DNA from: a virus
IMG/VR virus record: IMGVR_UViG_3300042874_000422
Coordinates: 1-64,000 of that record
Strand: one strand, 5' to 3'
DNA length: 64,000 nucleotides
In this document: piece after piece, positions 9,249 to 18,792 of the stretch
How positions within the stretch are numbered: the stretch's first letter is position 1
Layout: each line of letters starts with the position of its first letter
Position numbers and translations under genes: made by a program
Notes under the pieces: generated by a model
The model's database searches: none
What the model saw: the letters and a program-made list of their open reading frames with translations, nothing else
Told to the model about the DNA's origin: nothing

Positions 9249-9284
9249 GCCGCGATGCTACCACGGCTGATGTATCGTCACGGA
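9249..9284. promoter_or_regulatory. back-to-back leaderless -10 promoters
   Basis: minus: TGG-TAGCAT-N6-ATG; plus: TATCGT-N6-ATG. Confidence 0.6.
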
Positions 9285-10112
9285 ATGTCGCTCGCTGACG
9301 CCCCACCGTGGACCCTGCGGTTCCTCACCGACAATTGGGACACGATCGAACGCGGTAGCATGACCGAATGGATGCCTCGCGAGGTCTCCGGGTCAACGGC
9401 CCGAAAGCGGCGCGCCGACGCCTTGGGATGCGGCCACTACGGCTGCGTGTTTCTCACCAACACCCCGGGGCTGGTGATGAAGATCAGCTCGGACGCCTCG
9501 GAGGCGACGTTCATCAACGCGGCGCTCAAGCTCGGCGAGTGGCCCAGCGGAATCGTTCAGTACAAGGCGATCCTCGATCTGCCCGGCGCGCATCGCGGGC
9601 GCCCCGTGTTCATCATCTGGCGGGAAGAAGCCTTCGACGTCGGTAAGCCTGACCGCGAGCACTACGCCTACAAGGAATTCGAGCGGTACCACGAGGCGTA
9701 CATGCACGCGGCGCGGGTGATCCGCGAATCGTCGACGAAGGCGACTTGGCGCAAGCAGCTTGCCGACGCGCACCAGTACGAAGAGTGGGCGTGGAACAAC
9801 GTCATCTGGGAAGACGGCGCGCCTGTGCGTAAGGGCTACGGCATGACGTCGACGCCGCCGTTCCTGCGCTTTCGCGGCGGGCAGCGGCTCGCGGCGGCGT
9901 TCCGCATCGTGCAGATCTGTTTCGAGATGATGGAGAACACGGCGTACGCGCATGAGGTTGGCGCGGCGCTGACGTTCTACCTGGAGCACGGCATCTTGCT
10001 CGCCGACGTCCACCTGAACAACATCGGCAAGGTCACGCGGCACGATCCCGACTACGGCGATCAGACGTACACGGTGATCACCGATCCTGGCCATGCTGTG
10101 TTCTTCAAGTAG
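9285..10112 (+). CDS. protein kinase-like protein
   Basis: Gly-loop LGCGHYGCVF, VMKIS, catalytic LADVHLNNIG, VITDPG. Confidence 0.75.
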   Translation: MSLADAPPWTLRFLTDNWDTIERGSMTEWMPREVSGSTARKRRADALGCGHYGCVFLTNTPGLVMKISSDASEATFINAALKLGEWPSGIVQYKAILDLPGAHRGRPVFIIWREEAFDVGKPDREHYAYKEFERYHEAYMHAARVIRESSTKATWRKQLADAHQYEEWAWNNVIWEDGAPVRKGYGMTSTPPFLRFRGGQRLAAAFRIVQICFEMMENTAYAHEVGAALTFYLEHGILLADVHLNNIGKVTRHDPDYGDQTYTVITDPGHAVFFK

Positions 10113-10233
10113 CTCGTGCTACACCGCCCTCGGAGCGTCGGGTCGTAGAGCTAGGGTTACCTTGATAACGTATACCCCTGGTTCGTTTTTCATCCGCCAA
10201 TCCCGTGTCTGACCCTCGTGGTATCCACCACTG

Positions 10234-10383
10234 ATGGGACTCTTCAATTGGAAGAACACCGTGCGCGAGGTCGTCGGCGATCTCGAAAACGAAGCACGCA
10301 AGGCCGATCTCGAAGGCGATCAAGCGGTCTCCAAGATGCTGCGCATCGTCGCGCGCATCGTCATCGTACGTTTTCTGAGCTAG
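10234..10383 (+). CDS. 49-aa hypothetical protein
   Basis: MGLFNWKNTVREVVGDL...; CGTGGTATCCA-N6-ATG upstream. Confidence 0.45.
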   Translation: MGLFNWKNTVREVVGDLENEARKADLEGDQAVSKMLRIVARIVIVRFLS

Positions 10384-10907
10384 CGGAGTCGCTTGAACGC
10401 CGCTGCGTGCTCGCGCTCTTCCTTGCGCGCATGCACGAGGGCTTTTTTCAGCTTCGCGCTCTCGGTCTTCGCGAGCCGCTTGGTGTACGTGCTGACTGCC
10501 TGGCGTTCTTCCTTGTACGAGCGCCTGGCCATCTCGCGATCGAGTCGGACTCCGTCGAGATCGTCCTCGTCTTCGTCCGGCTGAGCTACGAACCGTTCGT
10601 GGCGTGCTCGAGAGCCGTGTATGCGCGCGTTCCGCGCCGCGAGAATCAGCGCGTGCATTTTCTTGGGCGAGACCTTCTTGAATCGAGCGAGCTTGGTCAT
10701 CGGCGGCGGGCTCGATTCGCCGCTGGCCCACGCTTCGGCTCTCCTCGCGTACTCCTCGGGGGTCCGGCTCTCGGCTGCGATTACCTTGAGCATGTCGAAC
10801 GCGCCGAGTGGGCGCGTCTTGGCGGTCTTCCAGACGAGCAGTCCGAACACACCGATCCCGGCGCCGACGGCGATCTTGAACCACGGGATCTTGGTCGTGT
10901 CGATCAC
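10380..10907 (-). CDS. N-terminally anchored basic membrane protein
   Basis: TM WFKIAVGAGIGVFGLLVW then PLG; K/R-rich. Confidence 0.65.
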   Translation of the reverse strand: MIDTTKIPWFKIAVGAGIGVFGLLVWKTAKTRPLGAFDMLKVIAAESRTPEEYARRAEAWASGESSPPPMTKLARFKKVSPKKMHALILAARNARIHGSRARHERFVAQPDEDEDDLDGVRLDREMARRSYKEERQAVSTYTKRLAKTESAKLKKALVHARKEEREHAAAFKRLR

Positions 10908-10952
10908 AGCTCACATTATCACCATGCAGGCTCTTGATGTAGGATGGCGATC

Positions 10953-12197
10953 GTGCCTTACGCCGTGATCGACCCCGACGGAAACGTTCGCGATGTCGTC
11001 CCCGGTGTTGATGCTGCCGTGCAAGTTGCGTCGCAGTTCTCGCCGATCGTCCAGGTCGAGAACGGACCTGCGCCGCAATCGGGTATCGGTGGTGCGCTCG
11101 GGGCGCTCAACCTCGATCGCCCGGCGCACGCGCTGAAGATGTGCGGCGTCCCACGTACGGCGCTTCCCGACGACAACGTGATGACGTTGGAGCAGGCGCA
11201 CGCGCTCCTGTTCCCGTACTTCCCGACGAAGCGATTCAACCGCACACGTGGCGGCGTCGAGGTCAACGAGTGGATCCCGGTCACCGCGTACGACTCGCCC
11301 GAGAAGATGTCCGATCGCCTGCTCGGGCAGAACTACAAGACCGCGAAGAAAGACCTCGGCATCGAGGAGAACACCGACGTGCAAGGTCTCTCACTCCTGC
11401 CGGCGCGCTCGCTCGCGAAGGAGCCGGGCTTCCAGAAGATCAACGCCTGTGTCGGCGCCTCGGCCGCGTGCATCGCGTCGTGCCTCGTGTACTCGGGCCG
11501 CAACACGATCGACCCGTACAACTCGATCGTCAAAGCCGCGCGCTACAAAGCGCTCGTCGGTCAGCCGGTGGCGTTTTTGCGCATGCTCTCGGAGAACATC
11601 CGCCGCCACAGCCGCATCCGCAACGCAGAGCCCTACGTCCGGCTCAACGTGTTCTCGGATCTGCCGTGGGAGCTGATCTGCCCCGAGCTGTTCACCGCGC
11701 ACTCGGGTGTTTCGTTCTACGACTACACCAAGGTCGAGAATCGCGAGCTGCCTCCGCACTACGACCTGACGTTCAGCTTCTCGGGCGACAACAAGCCACA
11801 GGTCGCGCACGAGCTGGAGCGCGGTCGCCGCGTCGCGGTCGTGTTCATCCCGCCGACGCGGATCCACGCCGAGGGTCGCGCTCGCGGCGCCGGCATGCCC
11901 GACCAGCTCGATACCGACGACGTGTTCGGCACCAAGTTCGGCGAGCCGCTCGAAGTCATCGACGGCGACGTCTCGGACGTCCGGCCGCGCGATCCCGGCC
12001 GCTCGATCGTCGGCCTGCGCTGGAAGATCCCGATGGGCCGCCAGAAAGAAGCGTTCGCGCAGGCGCAGGAAGCGGCGTTCGCGGTCCCGGTCGAGGACTA
12101 CGACGGTATTCTGATCGCAGCGACCAGCGCCCGCAACGAGCCCATCTTCGATACCGACGACGATGCGTTCGACGAGTACGATGAGGGCGAGGAGTAG
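10953..12197 (+). CDS. GP88-like protein with N-terminal extension
   Basis: C.GAS.AC...CL..SGR, VRLNVFSDLPW, FYDYTK, YDLTFS, DGDVSDVR; TAGGAT-N7-GTG start. Confidence 0.75.
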   Translation: MPYAVIDPDGNVRDVVPGVDAAVQVASQFSPIVQVENGPAPQSGIGGALGALNLDRPAHALKMCGVPRTALPDDNVMTLEQAHALLFPYFPTKRFNRTRGGVEVNEWIPVTAYDSPEKMSDRLLGQNYKTAKKDLGIEENTDVQGLSLLPARSLAKEPGFQKINACVGASAACIASCLVYSGRNTIDPYNSIVKAARYKALVGQPVAFLRMLSENIRRHSRIRNAEPYVRLNVFSDLPWELICPELFTAHSGVSFYDYTKVENRELPPHYDLTFSFSGDNKPQVAHELERGRRVAVVFIPPTRIHAEGRARGAGMPDQLDTDDVFGTKFGEPLEVIDGDVSDVRPRDPGRSIVGLRWKIPMGRQKEAFAQAQEAAFAVPVEDYDGILIAATSARNEPIFDTDDDAFDEYDEGEE

Positions 12198-12200
12198 CGC

Positions 12201-12413
12201 ATGGCCACCTGTCGAAAGCTGACGCTCAAGGAGATGATCGCCACCCGTGAACGCGAGGCAGGCGTCAAGCTCCCCAAGAGCGCCAAGATCGGGTTGGAGC
12301 TGCTTCCTCCGCAGTACGTCTGCACCGGAGAGGGTGTGGGCGGCTTGCGCGGAACTACCGTCGCAAAACGGCGGCAACCACGCCGGCGCCGATCACCACG
12401 GCGCCGATCGTAG
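12201..12413 (+). CDS. small protein with GLRG + protamine-like RRQPRRRRSPRRRS tail
   Basis: GAGGAG SD; Arg-rich tail. Confidence 0.65.
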   Translation: MATCRKLTLKEMIATREREAGVKLPKSAKIGLELLPPQYVCTGEGVGGLRGTTVAKRRQPRRRRSPRRRS

Positions 12414-13050
12414 CCCACTTCATCCACCGCTTGCGTTCGTCTTGAACGCTCCACTGCGGCACGTGGATCTCGTCCTCGGGTGCGGGTGGCGCGGGCTGCA
12501 CCTGCATGCCCGGCGATGGGCCGGTGCCGTCGTCCGGCGCCGCGACGATCGGGCACAAGGACGGATCCCCCACGCGCGTACCATCCGCGCAGACGTACAT
12601 CGTCATGACACCCTGTTCGTGCTCTACCGTTTGATCCTGTTCGTGCTCTACCGTTTGATCGGGCTGTTGCTCGGGTTGCTGTTCGAACGCCGCTTTTTGG
12701 TCGAGTGGTTGCTGTTCGAACACCTGCATCGCCGCTTTTTGGTCGAGTGGTTGGTGTTCGAAGCCTTTGGGTACGGCTTGGCGCAGGCACCACATCTGAT
12801 CGTACTCGGTGCTGTACGGCGGGCAGACGTAGTAGCTGTTCATCGCGGAATAGTTGGGGCCCGGCACCTTGGGCGTGATGCAGCCGAATTCCGACATCGC
12901 GTCGCCGGGGAGACAGCCGCCTGTTGAAGCCGTGGCGACTTCCGCGCGCGACGTCACGCGACTCGCGACCTGCTTGAGCCGGTCCATCATCGTCGTTGGT
13001 TCCCTTTCGACGAGCGAGAAGTCTTGTCCGAGCGCGGTGAACGTGAGCAT
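12355..13050 (-). CDS. Cys-containing tail-anchored membrane protein with internal repeats
   Basis: TACACT-N6-ATG; C-terminal TM + RR. Confidence 0.7.
   Translation of the reverse strand: MLTFTALGQDFSLVEREPTTMMDRLKQVASRVTSRAEVATASTGGCLPGDAMSEFGCITPKVPGPNYSAMNSYYVCPPYSTEYDQMWCLRQAVPKGFEHQPLDQKAAMQVFEQQPLDQKAAFEQQPEQQPDQTVEHEQDQTVEHEQGVMTMYVCADGTRVGDPSLCPIVAAPDDGTGPSPGMQVQPAPPAPEDEIHVPQWSVQDERKRWMKWATIGAVVIGAGVVAAVLRR
12612..12762. repeat. two intragenic tandem duplications
   Basis: DQTVEHEQ x2 and FE[HQ]QPLDQKAA x2, nearly identical at DNA level. Confidence 0.85.
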
Positions 13051-13062
13051 GCGTCGAGTGTA

Positions 13063-14340
13063 CTACGACGTCGGCTTTTTCTGGCCCAGAAGCACGACAC
13101 CTGCGACGACCGCGACCCCGCCGATGACGAGCGCCCACGGGAACGGCAGCTTGTTCTGCGTCGGCGGTCCGGGCGTTCCTTGCGGCGTCGGGTTCGGGAT
13201 GGGGCACTTGCCATCCATCAGAAGCTCGGTCGCGGCGCCGGCAGCGGTGCCGTACGGACCCCCTGCGTTCGCCGCCACCGTGAGTGCGCCCGGCGTCGCC
13301 GTCAGCGCGCACAGCCCCTCGGACAGTGCCTCGGCCACGTCCCACACCGCTTCGTAGAATTCCGCGACGACCTCGCCGATGTTGTCGGTGATCCAGTCCC
13401 ACGCATCCGACCACCAACCGGAGTCCGGGATCGGCGCGACCTTGAACTGCAGCTGGTTTGAGACCGTCTGATCGAGCGGCGTCGTCGCTCCGGTGTCCCA
13501 GACCGTCGACGTTGCCGGGATTAGCGGACCGACAGGCTGGATACGAACCCACAGACCGTAGTCCTTGCCCGACTCGGGATGCTTGAACCGCGCGAACGGC
13601 ATGTACCGATCGCTGAACCCGAAGTAACGATCGTCGAAACCAGGGTCGCCTTTGACGAAGCCGATCTTGCGCATCCAGCCGAAGTTGGTGAGCCAGCAGC
13701 CTGGACCCCTGCCGGCGACGCACGCACCCCAGCCCGGTGCCGCTGCGGGCCACCTGTCCGTCGCGCGGATCTTGCCTTCGTTGGTGAAGCGGTAGCTCGT
13801 GCTGCCGGGTTCGGCTGCGAAGCCCGCGTAACGATCCCACTTCTCGTTGAGATTGATCCAATTCGAATCGCCACGCCCGCTGATCTTCTTCATCACCTGC
13901 GTTTTGATCTGCGCGCCTTGCTCGGGCGTGAGCTTGTTGTATTCGTCCAAGCCCCAGATGTACGAGGCACCCGATCGCACGACCGGGATCGTGAACAGAC
14001 CGACGCGCATCACCTTCGTCGGCGACACGGACACGCCGCCCTGCGGGACGTAGTTCTCTGCGCCCGCCCGGTGATCGCGCACTTTTGGGCCGCTGCTGCC
14101 CGGCACGATGTTCGCCGGATCGCAGCTTTGTCCGACGCGCAGACGCGACCAGTGGCCCGCCACGGTCGCGGTCGCGGCGACCCAGATGAACTTGCCGTCG
14201 GCGGTGCAGGCGCCGTTGTTGGGCTGCGGTGTCGTGACGTTCACGACGGCTTCCCTCGGGACGAACGCCGCCGTGATCCGGTTCAGATCGATGATCTTGA
14301 TGGGAAAACCGTCGACGCCCTTGAGGGAGAATTGCAGCAC
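13063..14340 (-). CDS. 425-aa tail-anchored putative virion protein
   Basis: TATCAT-N6-GTG; MLQFSLKG leader; C-terminal TM FPWALVIGGVAVVAGVVLL + KK. Confidence 0.75.
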   Translation of the reverse strand: MLQFSLKGVDGFPIKIIDLNRITAAFVPREAVVNVTTPQPNNGACTADGKFIWVAATATVAGHWSRLRVGQSCDPANIVPGSSGPKVRDHRAGAENYVPQGGVSVSPTKVMRVGLFTIPVVRSGASYIWGLDEYNKLTPEQGAQIKTQVMKKISGRGDSNWINLNEKWDRYAGFAAEPGSTSYRFTNEGKIRATDRWPAAAPGWGACVAGRGPGCWLTNFGWMRKIGFVKGDPGFDDRYFGFSDRYMPFARFKHPESGKDYGLWVRIQPVGPLIPATSTVWDTGATTPLDQTVSNQLQFKVAPIPDSGWWSDAWDWITDNIGEVVAEFYEAVWDVAEALSEGLCALTATPGALTVAANAGGPYGTAAGAATELLMDGKCPIPNPTPQGTPGPPTQNKLPFPWALVIGGVAVVAGVVLLGQKKPTS

Positions 14341-14341
14341 G

Positions 14342-14644
14342 TCAAGATGATACCGCGCTTATCGGCCGAATCTCCAGCTTCCAGCCCTTGCCGAAATCCT
14401 GAACCCATTCGTCGGAGAGCCGGCCCAGGTTCACTTCGATCCTCGACGTCGGCCACGCTTCGTCGCCCGCATCGATCGACCAACCAGCGGTGATCAGGAG
14501 CTTGCCGGTCTTCTCACCTGTCATCTTTACGACGACTTCGTTGGGCATCCAGGCCACGCCTTTGCCGCACCGTTTCGTCTTGGTGGCGTAGAGCAGACTC
14601 TTGGTGACCTTCGGCTTCTTCGCCTTCGTCTTGGGTTTGTTCAT
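14342..14644 (-). CDS. hypothetical protein
   Basis: Coupled minus-strand operon. Confidence 0.55.
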   Translation of the reverse strand: MNKPKTKAKKPKVTKSLLYATKTKRCGKGVAWMPNEVVVKMTGEKTGKLLITAGWSIDAGDEAWPTSRIEVNLGRLSDEWVQDFGKGWKLEIRPISAVSS

Positions 14645-14871
14645 TGGATATCTCCGACTGCGAACACGAGATCTTCACCGGGGAAGTAGCGACCGACCGT
14701 CCCGAATTGCTCCTGCGCGAGCCACAGCATCCCGGGCATTCCCGGGTATGCCGCCGACGTCAGCTCCAGAATGCAGCGCAGGTCACCGCTATCGACACAC
14801 CGCTCGCAGTTCTCGATCGAGTATTCCTCGTCGGTGTCGAACCAAAACTCGCCGCAAGTCGGACACTTCAT
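14641..14871 (-). CDS. small Zn-finger protein
   Basis: CPTC...CERC; ATGA overlap. Confidence 0.55.
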   Translation of the reverse strand: MKCPTCGEFWFDTDEEYSIENCERCVDSGDLRCILELTSAAYPGMPGMLWLAQEQFGTVGRYFPGEDLVFAVGDIQ

Positions 14872-15071
14872 TGGAGCCTCGCTACCTGCATCAGCAGCAT
14901 CGCAAGCAACCGCGCGGCGCGCTTGTCGTCGATAGGCGCCCACTCCTTGGCGTCTGCGCCTTCGAGGTAGTTGGCATCCTCCTTGGGCACGAACTCGCAG
15001 ATGCGGAACGCCAGACTGTTCAGGGCTGCGAGCAGATCGCGAGCGTCGTCTTCTTCAGTGCGTCGGCTCAC
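14868..15071 (-). CDS. hypothetical protein
   Basis: Coupled ORF. Confidence 0.5.
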   Translation of the reverse strand: MSRRTEEDDARDLLAALNSLAFRICEFVPKEDANYLEGADAKEWAPIDDKRAARLLAMLLMQVARLQ

Positions 15072-15114
15072 TTACGTGCTCCTTGGGTGGTAACCGGATA
15101 AGCATGGAATGCAC

Positions 15115-15396
15115 TCATCGTTTCCTCGCGAACCGCTGACCTGCGAGCAGCGCATGATGCCGCGCTTGCACGGCGCACGTGGTGCGATTCAGCTTGTGCG
15201 CGATCAACGCCCACAGCTTCAGACCGCTCAGCTCCGCGTGCTTGGTGACCAGGCGAAGCAGCCGACGATCTTCGGCCAGCTTCCACGGCTCGCCGTGCCA
15301 GACGAGCGACGTCGGCGTCAGGCCGTACTTCTGCGCGATCATCTGCTCGGTGGCTACGCGCCAGCTATCGCGCCACAACGGGGCTCGGCCTCTCAC
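15115..15396 (-). CDS. Myb/SANT-like DNA-binding protein
   Basis: PWKLAEDRRLL...WALIAHKLNRTTCAVQAR. Confidence 0.6.
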   Translation of the reverse strand: MRGRAPLWRDSWRVATEQMIAQKYGLTPTSLVWHGEPWKLAEDRRLLRLVTKHAELSGLKLWALIAHKLNRTTCAVQARHHALLAGQRFARKR

Positions 15397-15513
15397 GTCA
15401 GCGCGGCTCGACGGGCTAGCTCTGCGATCCGGCGGCTGATGCGTTGTCCGAGCCGCCGCCGGTTCCGGGCTCGTCAGGGAGCGTGAGAAGCGGGAGGTCT
15501 TTGAACCACTCGA

Positions 15514-16458
15514 TCACGGCATCACCAGCTTCGAGAGCCAGCCCGGCGTCGAGCGGCGCGCCTCTTCGCCGAGGCGCGCTGGATCGATATACACGCCCAT
15601 GCCGGCGAGCCCTGGCAGGTTCGCCATCTTGTGACCGGTGATCGCGGCGATCTGGTAGGGCGTCAACCCCGCGACCATCCGCCACGTCACGAACGTGTTG
15701 CGGAAGATGTGCGGGTGCATGTGCTCCAGCCCGCACTTCTCGGCACGACGCTCGACGATCTTGTAGATCGACACGAGCGAGAGCCCCTCGCCGACGTTGT
15801 AGTCGAGCCGCCCCGTGCCGCGCGCGATCTTGCGATGCAGCGATCGGAACACCGAGCCGGTGGTGACCTTCTGCTTGCGCAGCCAGGCTCGCCATGGCGC
15901 GAGCGCGGCGACGGCGGTGTCGGAGAGCGGAACCGGGTAGAGCGTGTCGCCCGAGCCCTTGATCGGGACGGGCGCGACAGGGTAACCTTCTCGGGCGTTC
16001 TTGATCGTTTCGAGGGTCATGCCTTGGAGCGACATCCGACGCATGCCGGTCTCTAGGCCGACGACGAACATCGCCCGATCGCGCAGGTCGATCGGCGAGC
16101 CGGCGGCACAGGTCGCGAGCAGCGTGATGGCTTCGTCGTGGGTCAGGGCGCGGCGCGGCGCTTTGTCGTCGTCGGGCGCAGTCTGCACGACGGCGAAGTG
16201 AAGCTCGGGCTGGTTCTCCTTCTTCGCCCACCACGAGCTGGCGTGCGCGAGCGCCGCCATGATGCGGTTCGCGCTCTGCGGCTTCATGCGCTCCAGCAAG
16301 TGGTTGTAGAATTCCTGGGCTCGGTAGCGCGTCCACCCCGCTGGGTTCGTGCCGGCGAAGTCGATCCACAGGTCGATGTCGCGCAGGTAGTCGGTGCGGG
16401 TCTTCTTCGACAGCCGCAAGCTCGTCTTGACGATCTGGTGCAGGATGGTGTCGGCCAT
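15514..16458 (-). CDS. int: tyrosine recombinase/integrase
   Basis: RDRAM...TGMR, IKG, HPHIFR, TGH, C-terminal Y. Confidence 0.9.
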   Translation of the reverse strand: MADTILHQIVKTSLRLSKKTRTDYLRDIDLWIDFAGTNPAGWTRYRAQEFYNHLLERMKPQSANRIMAALAHASSWWAKKENQPELHFAVVQTAPDDDKAPRRALTHDEAITLLATCAAGSPIDLRDRAMFVVGLETGMRRMSLQGMTLETIKNAREGYPVAPVPIKGSGDTLYPVPLSDTAVAALAPWRAWLRKQKVTTGSVFRSLHRKIARGTGRLDYNVGEGLSLVSIYKIVERRAEKCGLEHMHPHIFRNTFVTWRMVAGLTPYQIAAITGHKMANLPGLAGMGVYIDPARLGEEARRSTPGWLSKLVMP

Positions 16459-16462
16459 GGGG

Positions 16463-17002
16463 CTACTTCCCTTTGGGGGAATCATCTTTCTCGATCGTTT
16501 TCTTGAGCAGCCACTGCGCGGCTGTGTGGAAGATGACGATCCCCTCGGGCTTCATGAAGCCCGGTGCGGCGACGCTTCCACCTTCTTTGAGCTTGTTGAT
16601 GATGTCGCTCGCGTTGAGCTGATCAAATGGGCCTTGCCACAAGATCGGTACGACACCGCAGCACGCGGGCCGTGTTGTCGCATCTGACCAACGATGCGTG
16701 TTGAACAGCGAGAAGCGCTTCTCTTTGAGATCGTATCGGCGCTGAATGCCGGTGCCCCACCACTCACCGAAGTGGCTACCAGGCCCGAGCTTGAGCAGCT
16801 CCTCCTTGTGCTCGGCGACCCATCGAGCAAAGCCAAAGTTGTCGCCATCGGGTCCGATCCATTGTGATCGCGAGCCCGCGAACACTTCGGTCATCGTGTC
16901 ATTGACGTAGACCTGGCCGTTGGTGCCGTCGATCTTCTCGGTGACGACGACCTCGCGCGAGTAGCGCGCGATCTTGGGAAATTCAACGAATGGTGGAAGC
17001 AT
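16463..17002 (-). CDS. RNA ligase (Rnl2-like nucleotidyltransferase)
   Basis: TEKIDGTN, FGEWWG.GIQ, EGIVI. Confidence 0.85.
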   Translation of the reverse strand: MLPPFVEFPKIARYSREVVVTEKIDGTNGQVYVNDTMTEVFAGSRSQWIGPDGDNFGFARWVAEHKEELLKLGPGSHFGEWWGTGIQRRYDLKEKRFSLFNTHRWSDATTRPACCGVVPILWQGPFDQLNASDIINKLKEGGSVAAPGFMKPEGIVIFHTAAQWLLKKTIEKDDSPKGK

Positions 17003-17027
17003 AGAATCCTTTTACAACGAGGGTCCG

Positions 17028-17204
17028 TCACTTGCCGCGATAGCGGCGAGCGGGGCGTACCGGCACCGGCTCGTGTCCGAGCGCAGGCGCGACGATTTGC
17101 TCGATGATGCTCGCGATCGAGACGTTGCGCGCCTTGGCGTACGCTCGCAGGTGCTCGTACAGCGGGCCGGGGATGCTGATGTGGCAGCGGTTCTTGTCGC
17201 TCAT
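17028..17204 (-). CDS. ribbon-helix-helix DNA-binding protein
   Basis: HISIPGPLYEHLRAYAKARNVSIASII. Confidence 0.65.
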   Translation of the reverse strand: MSDKNRCHISIPGPLYEHLRAYAKARNVSIASIIEQIVAPALGHEPVPVRPARRYRGK

Positions 17205-17494
17205 GGCTTCGTTTCGCGCTCTTTTGCTTTGGCAGGCGGTATGCGTGGCGCTCGAATCTGATGCACGCCGCGAATGACGAATCGGATCGCGTAGTAAAGC
17301 AGAACGAATACCCATAGCGGCCATGTGACCGCGTAGACGATCGCCCAGACCGCACGCCCCTCGACAGGCAACCCCGCAGCTCGGCGTCTGTAGCTCTTGA
17401 TCGGCACGAGGTAGCTATCCGCTGCGAGCAGTGCGGTGAAACCGATCGTGAACAACACGTAGACAGCGATGGCCGGTGCCAATTCTCTAACCAC
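17201..17494 (-). CDS. two-TM membrane protein
   Basis: Two hydrophobic segments; WP motif. Confidence 0.5.
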   Translation of the reverse strand: MVRELAPAIAVYVLFTIGFTALLAADSYLVPIKSYRRRAAGLPVEGRAVWAIVYAVTWPLWVFVLLYYAIRFVIRGVHQIRAPRIPPAKAKERETKP

Positions 17495-17906
17495 GGGCAA
17501 CCTCACGCTTGTAGAGCGCTTCGAGCAGCTCGATCGCGTCAGCGAAGTCGACGCCTCGGTTGGTTCCGTGGTTCGGATCTGCCGCGATGCTGGAGTGGAT
17601 GTTTCGCGAGCGCGCGTAGAGCACGTCGATGCAATCAAGCACGCCCTTCTGCCAGCCGGGCCCGCCGATCAACGTCATGTTGGTTGGATCGAGGTTGATC
17701 TGCCGCTGGCGCCACGTGCGGCGCTCGCGCCACAGGTGCGCGCTGACGACGCCGATGCCGACACCGAGCACCATCGCGACGATCGTCGGCCACGGCTCCA
17801 GCAGAACGCGGTCAGCCACGTATGCGATGGCGATGACGCTCAGCCACAGCGCGAGCTGCGTGATCACGTAGCGCGTGCGGGTCTTCGCGAACCAGGTGGG
17901 CGTCAT
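17487..17906 (-). CDS. two-TM membrane protein
   Basis: ATGA overlap; two TMs. Confidence 0.55.
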   Translation of the reverse strand: MTPTWFAKTRTRYVITQLALWLSVIAIAYVADRVLLEPWPTIVAMVLGVGIGVVSAHLWRERRTWRQRQINLDPTNMTLIGGPGWQKGVLDCIDVLYARSRNIHSSIAADPNHGTNRGVDFADAIELLEALYKREVARG

Positions 17907-18487
17907 GGCGTGTAGTTCCGGTAGGTGAGAGAGATCCGCGTCGTCATCGGACGATCGCCTTTGGGGATGCGGTGTTGGTGAGTGCGCTGCATGCCTGGCG
18001 GCATGACGAAGATCGAGCCGTGCTCCAAGAGCTGACGCTGTTCGTGCGGGATGACGCCGGTCTGCTCCTTCTCGCGCCACCAGATCTCGCGAGGCTGCCC
18101 GAACGAGACCACCGCGATCGGGTGCTCGTGGTTCATGCCGGGCGAATCGTCGGAATGCCAGCCCAGCTGCATCGCTGCGTTGTCGTAGCGGTTCAGGAAG
18201 CAGACGTTGTACGCGAACACGTCGCGCATCGCGCCGTCGAGCCCACCGATGTCGTCGCGGTTGAGCTGGTGCTGGATGTCGGCGACGATTGGCGAGTACG
18301 GGACCGGCGTGTACGTGCGAACGCCGCGACCTTCGCCGTAGGTGTACGTCTCGGTGCTCGCCGACATGAAGCACTCCAGCCGTGCGTCGGTCACCTGGAT
18401 CCACGGCGTGCTCGCGAGCACGTCTTCGAGCTTGATGTCGCGAAACCCAGGGCGGTAGTAGATCGGTTTTCTGATCAGGTAGTTCAT
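17903..18487 (-). CDS. alkB: AlkB-family 2OG-Fe(II) dioxygenase
   Basis: N.CFLNRY, GWHSDD, VSFG, HQHRIPK, RISLTYR. Confidence 0.9.
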   Translation of the reverse strand: MNYLIRKPIYYRPGFRDIKLEDVLASTPWIQVTDARLECFMSASTETYTYGEGRGVRTYTPVPYSPIVADIQHQLNRDDIGGLDGAMRDVFAYNVCFLNRYDNAAMQLGWHSDDSPGMNHEHPIAVVSFGQPREIWWREKEQTGVIPHEQRQLLEHGSIFVMPPGMQRTHQHRIPKGDRPMTTRISLTYRNYTP

Positions 18488-18792
18488 CGTTTGGCCCTCG
18501 CGACGATCTCGGCGACCTCTGCGATCGTGTAGAGCCGCTCGTTCTCGTCGGGTTCTGGGATTCGGAACGGCTCGATGCTGTTCTTGCCGTTGAAATAGGT
18601 CCACTTTCCGTCGCTGCTCACGCTCGCGAGCCTCGTTGCGAATGTGGAGCCCTCTAGGATGAAGTAGTCACCTTCGCGGATCTCATGCGTGCCGCAGTAG
18701 AACTGCTCCGCGACCGCATCGAGGCGCACGCGCTCGGCGAGATCGTTCAGGCGGTCTCGTAGCTCGGCGATCTCTTCTTCCAGCTTCGTCAT
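18484..18792 (-). CDS. hypothetical protein
   Basis: ATGA-coupled on both sides. Confidence 0.55.
   Translation of the reverse strand: MTKLEEEIAELRDRLNDLAERVRLDAVAEQFYCGTHEIREGDYFILEGSTFATRLASVSSDGKWTYFNGKNSIEPFRIPEPDENERLYTIAEVAEIVARAKR

Noticed and set aside
16459-16500. attP next to the integrase
   Set aside because: The integrase is tightly embedded between coding genes with no intergenic space or arm-type repeats.
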